From the IMG/VR virus record IMGVR_UViG_651703056_000001, positions 32,001 through 96,000 of that record: a DNA stretch of 64,000 nt, one strand, 5' to 3'. The notes below the pieces were generated by a model that saw nothing but the letters and a program-made list of their open reading frames with translations, was not told the origin of the DNA and ran no database searches. How positions within the stretch are numbered: the stretch's first letter is position 1; each line of letters starts with the position of its first letter. Shown piece by piece: positions 34,754 to 44,577 of the stretch. This DNA comes from a virus (lineage: Duplodnaviria; Caudoviricetes). A program made the translations under genes and the position numbers.

Positions 34754-35515
34754 ATGAATTTAGAGCAATACTTAAAATTAACTGGCTTTGATAAGCCTGA
34801 GCCAAAAGGTATCAATATTGCAATTCTTGATAGTGGTTTTAATACACAAAATAAAAATGTGAAATATAGATTTAATGCCTTTGACAAATCAGATGACGTA
34901 AAAGATGAACGTGGGCATGGTACTGCTATTTTTGATATTATCAGTACAATTTCACCAAACTCAAACTTCTATTTATTCAAGGCTTTAGATAAAGATGGGA
35001 AAGGAACAATGTTATCAATTTATGAGTCATTGATTCGTGTACGTGATATTGAAGAGATTGATATTGTCTGTATGAGTTTTAGTAGTTTTCAGCAACTTAG
35101 CATTACGACAGATAAAGCAATTAAAGAGTGTCTTGAGAATAAAAAGATTCTTGTATCAGCACTAGGTAATGATGAACGACAACAAGACACTTATCCAAGT
35201 GCTGTAGAAGGTGTATATAAAGTAGGTGCACTTTCTGAAAGTCTAATCTCACGTTACCACCTATCAAACTATTCTCCAACAACCCACTTTGTGGCATTAG
35301 GTGAAAATATTCTTGCTAATAATGAACTACGTGAAGGTACAAGCTTTGCAACCGCTATTGTTGTTGGACAGATTGCGGAGATTATGGCTCATTATCAAAT
35401 CAAAAAAGAAGAAGTTAATTATGAATTATTTGAAGATTCATTCCTATCTAGTTCATCACGGACTATGGACATGGCTAGGGGTCATCTTCTTAAAGGAGGT
35501 AACGATGACTTTTAG
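34754..35515 (+). CDS. Subtilisin-like (S8) serine protease
   Basis: ILDSG (Asp), GHGT (His), LGN oxyanion, GTSFAT (Ser); no signal peptide. Confidence 0.88.
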   Translation: MNLEQYLKLTGFDKPEPKGINIAILDSGFNTQNKNVKYRFNAFDKSDDVKDERGHGTAIFDIISTISPNSNFYLFKALDKDGKGTMLSIYESLIRVRDIEEIDIVCMSFSSFQQLSITTDKAIKECLENKKILVSALGNDERQQDTYPSAVEGVYKVGALSESLISRYHLSNYSPTTHFVALGENILANNELREGTSFATAIVVGQIAEIMAHYQIKKEEVNYELFEDSFLSSSSRTMDMARGHLLKGGNDDF

Positions 35516-36026
35516 TGATGAGTTTGAATTTAACTACCTGAAAACAATGTATGCAAGTGGATATAGTCTTGAAAACATTGACAAGTACCTATCAGATTCA
35601 GAATATACTGCACAGGATTTCATCAACGAACTAGTTTTACGTGAGGTTACAGTCAGCGAAACTAAAAAGACTGGTAAACGATTATCAGAAGACTTGAAGA
35701 AGTTAATTGCACAGCGTGATGGAAATGGAATCTCTCGTACAGAAATATTTAAAGAACTTAATCTTAATTTTTTAACTGTTCGTAGAGCCTGTGAAAAATA
35801 TGGCTCTGCAAACAAATATAATGGACGAGTGTCATATCGTGACATTTATGAGGTTGTTCCTTTTGCTATCAAGCATGTAACAGATGGCATCACTTGTCCT
35901 ATCTGTAGAGGACGTGCTAATAGCACAGAGGGTTCTCCCAATGTTTTCTTCTGTGTTAAATGCTTAGAGGAATATACTATTCGTCATAGAAAATTATATC
36001 GCACACGTTGGGAAAATATAGACTAA
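35505..36026 (+). CDS. HTH/Zn-ribbon protein
   Basis: AAGGAGGT RBS; ISRTEIFKELNL..LTVRRA; CPIC..CVKC. Confidence 0.7.
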   Translation: MTFSDEFEFNYLKTMYASGYSLENIDKYLSDSEYTAQDFINELVLREVTVSETKKTGKRLSEDLKKLIAQRDGNGISRTEIFKELNLNFLTVRRACEKYGSANKYNGRVSYRDIYEVVPFAIKHVTDGITCPICRGRANSTEGSPNVFFCVKCLEEYTIRHRKLYRTRWENID

Positions 36027-36066
36027 AAAAATCAAAAGAATAAAAAAGAACACAAGGAGAAATAAA

Positions 36067-36699
36067 ATGACATACCAATTGAAAGTAATTTACCCTAAAC
36101 AAGAATCTATTGAATCAAATAAATTCACTGAACGTAGCCATAACGAGTTGATTGATGATGTATCTGCTGAGGACGCAATTAAGACTTATAAAGATTTGCT
36201 ATTACAAGGATACTCTATCGCAACATCATTTACTCCACCAGAAATTGTGGAAGATGAAAATTTTGATGCATTTGTTGTAGCTAAAAATCTTGAATTGGCA
36301 GGATTACAATATACAGCAACCATCAAGCTCAAAAGTAAAACAGATTACGATGGTGCTAAAGAGATTACTAGGGTTATTGAACAACAAGGGTTTGATTATT
36401 CAGTGACAGCTAAATTAAATATTAACGAAAATTCACCTGTAGACTTTGAAAAGGAAAGTACTTGGTTTGATTCTGAATACGCTTCATACTCTGTATTACC
36501 TAAAGCTAAAAGCTACGACATTATGGATTTAAAATCTCTATATGAAACACTATCAGATATGAATCTAAAAGTGTCAATCGGTCTTAAGATGCGTACTAAA
36601 AAAGACAACGATGAGGTTTTTGAACAGCAACTGGATTCTTATCCAGATGACACACTTATTATTTTAAAACTAAAGGATGGAGATATATATGGTGAATAA
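36067..36699 (+). CDS. Hypothetical protein
   Basis: AAGGAG RBS, 210 aa. Confidence 0.75.
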   Translation: MTYQLKVIYPKQESIESNKFTERSHNELIDDVSAEDAIKTYKDLLLQGYSIATSFTPPEIVEDENFDAFVVAKNLELAGLQYTATIKLKSKTDYDGAKEITRVIEQQGFDYSVTAKLNINENSPVDFEKESTWFDSEYASYSVLPKAKSYDIMDLKSLYETLSDMNLKVSIGLKMRTKKDNDEVFEQQLDSYPDDTLIILKLKDGDIYGE

Positions 36700-37024
36700 A
36701 GTATATGCTGATGCCATATTATTAAAGTATGAACAAGGTGAATATGAAGACTATAAACTAGTAGTTTTTAATGTTTTAGATAAAAATTCAACACTACTAG
36801 AGATTACTGATGTTGCAAAGTTATTCTTAAAAGAGTATGTTCATAATGAAGATTACCTATCTTATACTGGAATGACGATATTTGCTGAACATTGGAAAAA
36901 CGGAAAAATGGTAAAGAATATTAAAATAGGTAACGTTCACGATGATGACGATAGAGATGGTTTACCAGTTTGGAAATGCGATTGGGAAATTGATGAAACT
37001 GAATACTTTTATCCATATGGTTAA
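36689..37024 (+). CDS. Hypothetical protein
   Basis: GGAG RBS before ATG 36689. Confidence 0.65.
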   Translation: MVNKVYADAILLKYEQGEYEDYKLVVFNVLDKNSTLLEITDVAKLFLKEYVHNEDYLSYTGMTIFAEHWKNGKMVKNIKIGNVHDDDDRDGLPVWKCDWEIDETEYFYPYG

Positions 37025-37030
37025 TAAATT

Positions 37031-37079
37031 AAAATAGTTAGGGCTTAGTCTTGACTATTTTTTTGTTTTATGATATAAT
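37031..37079 (+). promoter_or_regulatory. Terminator hairpin with embedded dnaE promoter
   Basis: AAAATAGTTAGGGC-TTA-GTCTTGACTATTTT; TTGACT(37051)-17-TATAAT(37074). Confidence 0.8.
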
Positions 37080-37120
37080 AGATATATAACAAAATATTTA
37101 AAAAATATAGGAGGAATTGA

Positions 37121-40100
37121 ATGACAGACTTAAATGCACTAACATATCAAAACATTCACTCACACAGTTTTTATTCAAATATTTCAACACATGACTCAGT
37201 TATCTCTCGTACAGATGTTGCAAAACGTGCTGTCGAGCTAGGACATACAACTTTATCATGTATTGAACATGGTTATATGGGGAATGTATTTGAAACTTAT
37301 AGAATTGCCAAAGAATTTAATCTTAAACTAATCTTTGGAACAGAGTTCTATTATGTTAAAGACCGCTTCGAGAAAGACCGTACCAACTCTCACTTACTTG
37401 TTGTAGCTAAGAATGAGAATGGAAAAGAAGCTATCACAGGGCTTATTTCAGAATCATATCAAACTGGATTCTATGGACGTAACCGTATTGACGAAGAATT
37501 ATTATTCTCTCTTCCAAAAGACGATGTTATTGTAACAACTGCTTGTATTGCAAGCCCTATCAATCTCTATGAAGGATATGCTGAGTATTTTATTCCAAAA
37601 GCTAAAGCTTACTTTGGTGATAACTTCTTTTTGGAAGTTCAACCACATTGGAATAAAAAACAGGCTGACTTTAACGAGAAACTTATTGGATATCGTAAAA
37701 AATATAATGTTCCATTTATTCTTGGTGTAGATACTCATTACATCAAAGAAGAAGACTACAAAATGCGTGACATTTATCTTAAATCTCGTAAGATTGTTTA
37801 TGATAAAGAAGAAGGATTCTTCATGGACTATCCTGAAACAAAAACAATCATTGAGAGATTTAAAAAACAAAATGTTTTAAGTGATGAACAAATCATAGAA
37901 GCTTTTGATAACAGTCATGTTGTTGATAAGTTCGATGCTATTGTAATCAACGATGATATTAAGATGCCATCTGTTTATCCAGATAAGACTGAGAAAGAAA
38001 AAGTTAAAATTTTAAAGAAACATATTAATAAGGCTTGGACTGAAGACCGCAAACATATTTCAAAAGAACGCTGGGGTGAATATCTCGATGCTATCAAGTA
38101 TGAAATGTCTATTGTTGAAAACACTCATATGACTGATTATTTCTTAATGAATGAAAAGATTATTCGTTTAGGTAAACAAAAATATGGTGGGGTCTTGACG
38201 AAGACAGGAAGAGGGTGTTTTGAAGAAACGGCTCTTGTTCAAACAAAAGATAGTCTTAAAAAGATATCAGAAGTAGAAGTTGGAGACAAGGTTATCAATC
38301 GCTTTGGAGAATGGGATAACGTAATTAATAAATTCACTTACGATATTGAAGAAGAAATGATTCAAATTGACCACTTAAATAGTGCTGGAAAATACAATCC
38401 TATCATTGCAACCTTTGACCACAAAATCCTTATCAAAGATGGTAATGGAACTAAATTTGTTCAAGCTAAAGATTTGACTAAAAATGACTATGTTGTGTTA
38501 CCAAAACTTAAACATATTGTTGAAGAAACTTATCGTAAAGATTTTATTGACCTCAACGACTTTAACGACTTTGGATTCGAATATGATGATAAGTTTATTT
38601 ATGAGACATATGAAGGGGCAAATAATCGTAGATACAATAAAACCATTAACCGCTTCATTCCTAATGACAAAGTACATAATATTTTTGTCGGATTAATGTA
38701 TGGTGATGGCAATGTACACCGAAATGATGTAAGTCTATATGTCAATACCAAAACGCATAAAATTTATAAGAATAAAAATATTTTTAAACTTATCTCTGAT
38801 AGGGTTGGAGTTTCAATGAAAGTCTACTCAGCTAAGAATAAGAACTTAGAACATCTAATTTCTACCTCTAAAATCTTTGCTTCATTCATTAAAAAAGAAT
38901 ACTTTACATCCAATAAAGATAGTTTTAAGAAATTTAATAAATCTCTCTTTAATCAGTCTAATGAAAACTTGTCAGGGTTAAAAGAAGGTCTCATCCTTTC
39001 AGATGGCTCTGTTTCAGATGGTAGAATTTCATTTGATAACACCTCTAAAGACTTGATGTATTCCTATAAAAAATTAAATGATATTCTTCACGAGACTCCT
39101 GTATCTATGAGTGTTCGTCTTAAACATACAGACTCACGGGGTTATACTTCAAAAGAATCTTACAAAATGAGAAAAAGAGATGATAATGTTTGCAAAACTG
39201 CTTCGAGAGTCTTAGAAGATGAAGAACATTTCTATCTGCCTATCACTAAACTAACTATCATTCCAAAACGTAAGACAAAAGTTTATGATTTACAAGTAGA
39301 AAATGACCCTAGTTTTGTTATCTATAATATGGTTGTGCACAATTCAGCCCCTTCTTTCTACTTAAATAAACTACTTGATTTTACAGCAGTAGACCGTGTC
39401 AATTCGCCATTAAAATTATATCCTACTCGATTTATGTCTGAATCACGTATACTAGAGGCAAAAAGTTTACCAGATGTGGATTTTAATACGGCTAATCCAG
39501 AACCTTTTATGAAAGCTCAAAAAGAGATTTTAGGTGAAGACAATGCTTATCAAATGATTGCTTATGGAACAATGCAAGAAAAAGATGCTTTCAAAACATA
39601 TTGTCGTGGGTTAGATATTCCGAAAAATGAATACTGGACAATTGCAGAAGACCTTGAACGTTGGGTTAAAACTGATAAGTGGAGAGATATTATTAAAGCT
39701 AGTCAGCAATTCATTGGAGTCGTAACTTCTTTCTCACCTCATCCATGTTCATCATTGTTGCTTTCAGACCCTATCTCTCGCAAGATTGGTGTTATTAAAA
39801 CAAAAGAAGGTGTCGACGTTGCTCTAATTGGTTCTTATGATTCTGATGTATATAAATATCTTAAAAATGATTTATTAGTTGTTACGGTTTGGGATATTAT
39901 TGCTAAAGTATGTAAAGAATTAAATATTGAAATTCCTGATGTACGTACTCTTACAAAACTAGTAGAGAATAATGATAAAGTATGGGATTTGTATAAAGAT
40001 GGAATGGTTGCAACTCTCAATCAAGCTGGAACACCATCTGGTAAACCTCAAGTGATGCAATATAAACCTCAAAGTGTTCGTGAATTAAGTATGTGGGTTG

Positions 40101-41410
40101 CAGGTATTCGCCCTTCATTTGCAAGTATGAAATCCTACTTCTTAAATAGACAACCTTTTAGCTATAATATTCCAGCTTTTGATGAACTTCTTAAAGACAG
40201 TGATAACTTCGTGCTCTTCCAAGAGTCAATTATGGCAACCTTACAATTTGCTGGATACGAAGAAGATGTTACCTACGGACTTCTCAAAGCTATTGCCAAG
40301 AAGAAAAAAGGTATTATTGAACCTATCCACGACAAATTTATTGAGGGATTCGTAGCTAAAACTGGTTCAGAAGAACAGGCTTTAAAAGTTTGGACTATCA
40401 TTGAGAATGCCGTGAATTACGGATTTAATTCTAGCCATGCCTACTCTGTTGCGTTAGACTCTTTATATGGTGCATGGCTCAAAGCTACTTACCCTCTTGT
40501 TTATTTTGCTGTAGTACTTAATGTATATAAGAACTCTAAAGATAAACAAGCTGAGTTAATCAATGAATTAGAATATTTTGATATTTCTTTAAAAGGACTA
40601 CAATTTGGTAAATCTAAATCTGATTATTCTTATGAAACAGAAACGAACACAATCTATAAAGGAATCTCTACAGTTGCATATTTGAATCAACAAGTCGCAG
40701 ATAACCTCTATAATCTAGCAAAAGAAAGACATTATGAAAAAGATGATGTTATTCAACTCTTTCTTGATATCTTAGATGGTGCTCTTGCTGACAATCGACA
40801 AATGAATATTTTGATTAAACTTGGGTTCTTTAAAGAGTTTGGTGAAGAATCAATACTTCTTGAACTCTACAATACTATGACTGGATATCAAACTAAAAAG
40901 CCTAATCCTATCTTTACGGATAATAAGAAGCTTGATGTTAAATATTCACGTACACACAAAGAAAAAACTAAGCTTGTACGTATTGAGAATATCAAAGAAT
41001 ATTATGGTTTAATCTTGAAGAACGTTCATTTACTTCCTACGACCAATCTATTCGATAGACTTACAAGTGAAGTTGAGTACATGGGATATGCTGAAACTCT
41101 TGACCAAAGTCTTGGAAAAGATGTTTATGTTGTTATGGATATTAATACTAAGTATACACCAGTTTATACTCTATATAATATGTATGATGGACATATCTCT
41201 GTTGCTAAGATTGACAAAAAGAAAGCCTATCGTGATACAAAATCAACTAAAGATGGAGAATTAATCATCAAATTAGGAGACCAGATTGAAGTTATGGAAT
41301 TTGCTCAAAGACCTAAGATGGCTTTAGTTGATGGCAAGTGGGAATCAAACTATGACCAAATGCAAGACTACATCGAACACGTTCGAATGATTGAACGTTA
41401 TAAAGATTAA
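37121..41410 (+). CDS. dnaE: DNA polymerase III alpha subunit (family C) with intein
   Basis: PHP HSHSFYS/EHG/DTHY; GRG|SA; PDVD and KNDLL catalytic Asp; YGFN.SHA..Y. Confidence 0.95.
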   Translation: MTDLNALTYQNIHSHSFYSNISTHDSVISRTDVAKRAVELGHTTLSCIEHGYMGNVFETYRIAKEFNLKLIFGTEFYYVKDRFEKDRTNSHLLVVAKNENGKEAITGLISESYQTGFYGRNRIDEELLFSLPKDDVIVTTACIASPINLYEGYAEYFIPKAKAYFGDNFFLEVQPHWNKKQADFNEKLIGYRKKYNVPFILGVDTHYIKEEDYKMRDIYLKSRKIVYDKEEGFFMDYPETKTIIERFKKQNVLSDEQIIEAFDNSHVVDKFDAIVINDDIKMPSVYPDKTEKEKVKILKKHINKAWTEDRKHISKERWGEYLDAIKYEMSIVENTHMTDYFLMNEKIIRLGKQKYGGVLTKTGRGCFEETALVQTKDSLKKISEVEVGDKVINRFGEWDNVINKFTYDIEEEMIQIDHLNSAGKYNPIIATFDHKILIKDGNGTKFVQAKDLTKNDYVVLPKLKHIVEETYRKDFIDLNDFNDFGFEYDDKFIYETYEGANNRRYNKTINRFIPNDKVHNIFVGLMYGDGNVHRNDVSLYVNTKTHKIYKNKNIFKLISDRVGVSMKVYSAKNKNLEHLISTSKIFASFIKKEYFTSNKDSFKKFNKSLFNQSNENLSGLKEGLILSDGSVSDGRISFDNTSKDLMYSYKKLNDILHETPVSMSVRLKHTDSRGYTSKESYKMRKRDDNVCKTASRVLEDEEHFYLPITKLTIIPKRKTKVYDLQVENDPSFVIYNMVVHNSAPSFYLNKLLDFTAVDRVNSPLKLYPTRFMSESRILEAKSLPDVDFNTANPEPFMKAQKEILGEDNAYQMIAYGTMQEKDAFKTYCRGLDIPKNEYWTIAEDLERWVKTDKWRDIIKASQQFIGVVTSFSPHPCSSLLLSDPISRKIGVIKTKEGVDVALIGSYDSDVYKYLKNDLLVVTVWDIIAKVCKELNIEIPDVRTLTKLVENNDKVWDLYKDGMVATLNQAGTPSGKPQVMQYKPQSVRELSMWVAGIRPSFASMKSYFLNRQPFSYNIPAFDELLKDSDNFVLFQESIMATLQFAGYEEDVTYGLLKAIAKKKKGIIEPIHDKFIEGFVAKTGSEEQALKVWTIIENAVNYGFNSSHAYSVALDSLYGAWLKATYPLVYFAVVLNVYKNSKDKQAELINELEYFDISLKGLQFGKSKSDYSYETETNTIYKGISTVAYLNQQVADNLYNLAKERHYEKDDVIQLFLDILDGALADNRQMNILIKLGFFKEFGEESILLELYNTMTGYQTKKPNPIFTDNKKLDVKYSRTHKEKTKLVRIENIKEYYGLILKNVHLLPTTNLFDRLTSEVEYMGYAETLDQSLGKDVYVVMDINTKYTPVYTLYNMYDGHISVAKIDKKKAYRDTKSTKDGELIIKLGDQIEVMEFAQRPKMALVDGKWESNYDQMQDYIEHVRMIERYKD
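38216..39343 (+). mobile_element. Intein (376 aa) with LAGLIDADG domain in DnaE
   Basis: CFEETALV start, TFDHKI block B, GLMYGDG and GLILSDG blocks, VYDLQV..VVHN|S end. Confidence 0.93.
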
Positions 41411-41420
41411 ATAGATTTGT

Positions 41421-41462
41421 AATACACCTATAATTGACTTTATGGGTGTATTTTGGTATAAT
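41421..41462 (+). promoter_or_regulatory. Hairpin with -35 in its loop; sigma70 promoter
   Basis: AATACACCTATAA..TTATGGGTGTATT; TTGACT(41434)-17-TATAAT(41457). Confidence 0.75.
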
Positions 41463-41490
41463 TAATATATAGAAAACGTAAGGAGAAAAA

Positions 41491-41763
41491 ATGAAATTTG
41501 ATATCAAAACAGCGGTAATTACAGGCGGGGCATTATTAACACTTGGAATGTTGCAAGGTTCAAGTATTGAGAATCCTAACAAAAACTTCACAAACGTTAA
41601 CCGAGTGAAATTATTCCAGAATTATTACGGTTATGGTGAAATAGACAAGGGGTATACAGATTACACAAAAATGAATGACTTTATTAAGAAACATCCCCAA
41701 GGCTTCTTAACAGAATCAGCCAATAGATATAGAGTTAATTACACATATACCTATCACGAATAA
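41491..41763 (+). CDS. Exported/membrane-anchored small protein
   Basis: Signal-like N-terminus; AAGGAG RBS. Confidence 0.7.
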   Translation: MKFDIKTAVITGGALLTLGMLQGSSIENPNKNFTNVNRVKLFQNYYGYGEIDKGYTDYTKMNDFIKKHPQGFLTESANRYRVNYTYTYHE

Positions 41764-41775
41764 GGATAAAATAAC

Positions 41776-42108
41776 ATGAAAATTAATTTAAACAATGAAG
41801 ACCTTATGCAAATGATGCTTGAGCCACGTGAATTTGTAGATGTCAGCTTTATCTTTATTAACGTTGTGATGGAGGGGTTGTCACCAGAAGACTGGTATCT
41901 CACAGAAATTCCTTCTGAACGTGTTTATCTTTTTGAGAATACAAGTAGTGATAAATTCTTTGACATTTATTTCTTAGATGATAATATTGTCCGTCCACAG
42001 TACTTTAAATCACCCGAGAACTGGGATGGTAAAGCAGAAACATATATCAATCTTCATGATGCAGAAACAATCAAAGAAGCTATTGAAAAATACGAAATAG
42101 GAGAATAA
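41776..42108 (+). CDS. Hypothetical protein
   Basis: AAGGA RBS. Confidence 0.7.
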   Translation: MKINLNNEDLMQMMLEPREFVDVSFIFINVVMEGLSPEDWYLTEIPSERVYLFENTSSDKFFDIYFLDDNIVRPQYFKSPENWDGKAETYINLHDAETIKEAIEKYEIGE

Positions 42109-42110
42109 CC

Positions 42111-42407
42111 ATGAATAAAGAAATAGAATCACAACTAAAAAGAATCAAACCTGTTATTGAAAAGGTGGATTCTTACACTCAAGAACAAATGATTGAATTT
42201 GCAAAATTTGTTTCTGGGTACACAGCAGAATATGTTTCACAAGAAATAGAAGAAGCTTGTTGGGAAATGGAAGGTCATATGCTAGGAATATTTTATAGTG
42301 CTGAAAATGCAATTAAAGAATTATTTGAGGATGATGATGAAAAAGAATTTTCAGATAGCCACCCAAAACTTACTCTCGAAGATTTTTTAGGAAAGGATGG
42401 AATATAG
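42111..42407 (+). CDS. Hypothetical acidic protein
   Basis: AGGAG RBS. Confidence 0.7.
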   Translation: MNKEIESQLKRIKPVIEKVDSYTQEQMIEFAKFVSGYTAEYVSQEIEEACWEMEGHMLGIFYSAENAIKELFEDDDEKEFSDSHPKLTLEDFLGKDGI

Positions 42408-42619
42408 TGACAGTAGATATTTTTACGAGTTATGAAGTACATTGCGATAGCTGTAATGGTGGAACACAACCACTTAGAAGATATGACCGAACGGAAGTAG
42501 GAATAATTTCTAATAAACAGATGGCTATTAAATATTGGCAAAATCAAGGATGGATTTTTGGAAATGGAAGTTTTTGTCCAGATTGCTATAAGAGAATGGA
42601 AGGAGAGCTAAGTAAATGA
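42407..42619 (+). CDS. Small Zn-binding protein
   Basis: CDSC...GW...CPDC. Confidence 0.7.
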   Translation: MTVDIFTSYEVHCDSCNGGTQPLRRYDRTEVGIISNKQMAIKYWQNQGWIFGNGSFCPDCYKRMEGELSK

Positions 42620-42628
42620 AGACTAAAA

Positions 42629-42886
42629 ATGGAACTACTTGCTAATTATGATTTTAAGTCAGATATGGATTGTTTCCGTCAAGGAGAAATATTTTATTAT
42701 CCTTGTGATTATAGCAAATGTGATAATTACCTTAGAATATTGAATGGTAAAGAAGATGAACTTGCTTTTCGTATCTACGGTACAGAGGAATCATCTGGTT
42801 TATTTTATGATAATAGTTATTGTTCACAAGAATGCTTGTGTAATACTGTAAAAGCTGGTAAATCTATTGGCATCATGATTAATTAA
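42629..42886 (+). CDS. Hypothetical Cys-rich protein
   Basis: C....C...YCSQEC; start uncertain. Confidence 0.55.
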   Translation: MELLANYDFKSDMDCFRQGEIFYYPCDYSKCDNYLRILNGKEDELAFRIYGTEESSGLFYDNSYCSQECLCNTVKAGKSIGIMIN

Positions 42887-42904
42887 ATAAAACACACTTA
42901 TCTC

Positions 42905-42933
42905 TTGACAATCATCTGTCATTATGATATAAT
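42905..42933 (+). promoter_or_regulatory. Sigma70-type promoter
   Basis: TTGACA-17-TATAAT with TG. Confidence 0.85.
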
Positions 42934-42996
42934 ATATATATAGGTTAAAGCAATAGCCTAAATAACAAAACTTAATTCCAAAAGGAGAAAAACACT

Positions 42997-43242
42997 ATGG
43001 CTAAAACAAAATTCTACGCACTCTACAATGGTACTCGTAAAGAAAAACATTCAGGAACTGAACGTGTCTTCGATAAGAAGTCTGGGAAACGTGTTCAAAA
43101 ACAAGTTGAACGTGAAGTCTCTGTTGGAACTTCTTACGTATTTGATTTGTTGTCTGAAACACGTATTGGTGCTCGTCAAGAAGCATTGGCAATTGCTCGT
43201 GAAGAAGGACTTAAATTTGCAGGTTTGCATTTGTATAAATAA
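42997..43242 (+). CDS. Small basic protein
   Basis: AAAGGAG RBS; own promoter and terminator. Confidence 0.75.
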   Translation: MAKTKFYALYNGTRKEKHSGTERVFDKKSGKRVQKQVEREVSVGTSYVFDLLSETRIGARQEALAIAREEGLKFAGLHLYK

Positions 43243-43243
43243 T

Positions 43244-43277
43244 AAAAAAGAGAGAAATTAATTCTCTCTTTTTTTTG
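43244..43277. terminator. Bidirectional terminator at the strand switch
   Basis: AAAAAAGAGAGAA/TTCTCTCTTTTTTTT between convergent genes. Confidence 0.85.
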
Positions 43278-43938
43278 CAATATTTTCAAGGTCTTTAAAC
43301 ATCTTATCAACGTCAAATTCTTTGGGAACTTTTGCCTCTTTAACGATTGTCTTTTTGGCAGTCGTTTTCTTTTTAGTTCCAGTTGCTTTCTTTTTAGTAC
43401 CCTTTTTAGGCTTTTTAAGAGCTTCAATCTCTTTCTTGGTATAGGCTTTAGGCTTAGTCCATTCAAGTCCATTCTTGACGAGATAAGCGTATGCAACAGC
43501 CATTGCATCAGACTCATCATCAGAATTAAATGTGATATTTAAATGTTTGCTTAAAATATCTGCAACTTCTTCTTTACTTGCATTTCCTTTATATAGCGTT
43601 TCACGTATTGTTTTTGCTGGATAATAAATATTGTCAACCTCGGAAAATACTAGGTTGAATATCCCATGAACACGGAACACCACCTGAGTCGATTTATTGA
43701 ATCGTGTGAATCCTCTTTCAATTACAGCGACACTGGGTGGATATTTTCTTGTAAGTTTGGTTAATTCTTCATAAATAAATCTTAATTTCTTTGGATTCCT
43801 CATTTCCTCTGGAAGATTCTTATAGTCTTTGATGTTGTCCGTTCTTATACCACCAACATGTACTATCTCTTTAGTGTCTTTGTCTATAATAACAATGCCA
43901 GAGTTCTTCAACGAAGGGTCTAGTCCATATATATACAT
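43258..43938 (-). CDS. ruvC: RuvC-like Holliday junction resolvase with Lys-rich tail
   Basis: GLDPS, VIERGF, A.KEEV, DESDAMAVA. Confidence 0.88.
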   Translation of the reverse strand: MYIYGLDPSLKNSGIVIIDKDTKEIVHVGGIRTDNIKDYKNLPEEMRNPKKLRFIYEELTKLTRKYPPSVAVIERGFTRFNKSTQVVFRVHGIFNLVFSEVDNIYYPAKTIRETLYKGNASKEEVADILSKHLNITFNSDDESDAMAVAYAYLVKNGLEWTKPKAYTKKEIEALKKPKKGTKKKATGTKKKTTAKKTIVKEAKVPKEFDVDKMFKDLENIAKKREN

Positions 43939-43991
43939 AAATAACTCCTTAACTCAAAAAATGGTGAGTATTTCACCCACCACATTAAATC

Positions 43992-44399
43992 TTATTCTTT
44001 AATTTTATCTGAAACTTCTGATGCTACAACATTTTCTCTAATAGATGGAGCTTCTAATGTTACTGTCTCTGTCATACCTTGTTTGAAATTGGCAACAGAT
44101 GCTTCAATCAACATATTTAATTCAGCGTCTGTGATTTTGATTCCTTTCTCAGATAGAATTTCAAGAGCTTTATTTTTAGCTTCGTTATATTTAGTTTTAT
44201 TGTCAGCTTCATTAAACACTTGTTGAACATATTTTACAGCAAGGTCTACAATTGTTTTGTTTGCATCTAACTTAGCTTTGATTGCATATTTATCTGCAAC
44301 TCGTTGTACTTGTATTCCTGCAATTTTTGCAAGATATCCAATAATAGCTACCAATAGAGCTAAGAGTATAGGTGTGATTGCTTGTATTAATTCATTCAT
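43992..44399 (-). CDS. Holin, LL-H family
   Basis: N-terminal TM; AV.YVQQ...K.NEA...IEA.V. Confidence 0.8.
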   Translation of the reverse strand: MNELIQAITPILLALLVAIIGYLAKIAGIQVQRVADKYAIKAKLDANKTIVDLAVKYVQQVFNEADNKTKYNEAKNKALEILSEKGIKITDAELNMLIEASVANFKQGMTETVTLEAPSIRENVVASEVSDKIKE

Positions 44400-44572
44400 T
44401 ATTTATTTTCTCCTTTTGTTAAAATAATATTTCCGTCTTCATCACGGCTTTTATCGAGTTCTTTTATTCTAGCTTCTACTTGTTTTTTAAGAAATGCTGG
44501 AACACGAGCTGATGTAATCTTTCCCTCAAGAATATTGAGAGCATACAACGTGGTAATTGCTTCATAAGCCAT
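44399..44572 (-). CDS. Small tail-module protein (57 aa, not in ORF track)
   Basis: GGAGG RBS; LYA.NI..G......VP..LK.QV pattern; TAATG coupling to holin. Confidence 0.7.
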   Translation of the reverse strand: MAYEAITTLYALNILEGKITSARVPAFLKKQVEARIKELDKSRDEDGNIILTKGENK

Positions 44573-44577
44573 ATAGT

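Noticed and set aside
42616-42645. Programmed frameshift joining ATG 42616 to ORF 42629
   Set aside because: Removing one A from the A5 run would fuse them, but there is no stimulatory signal; reinitiation or a sequencing error is simpler.
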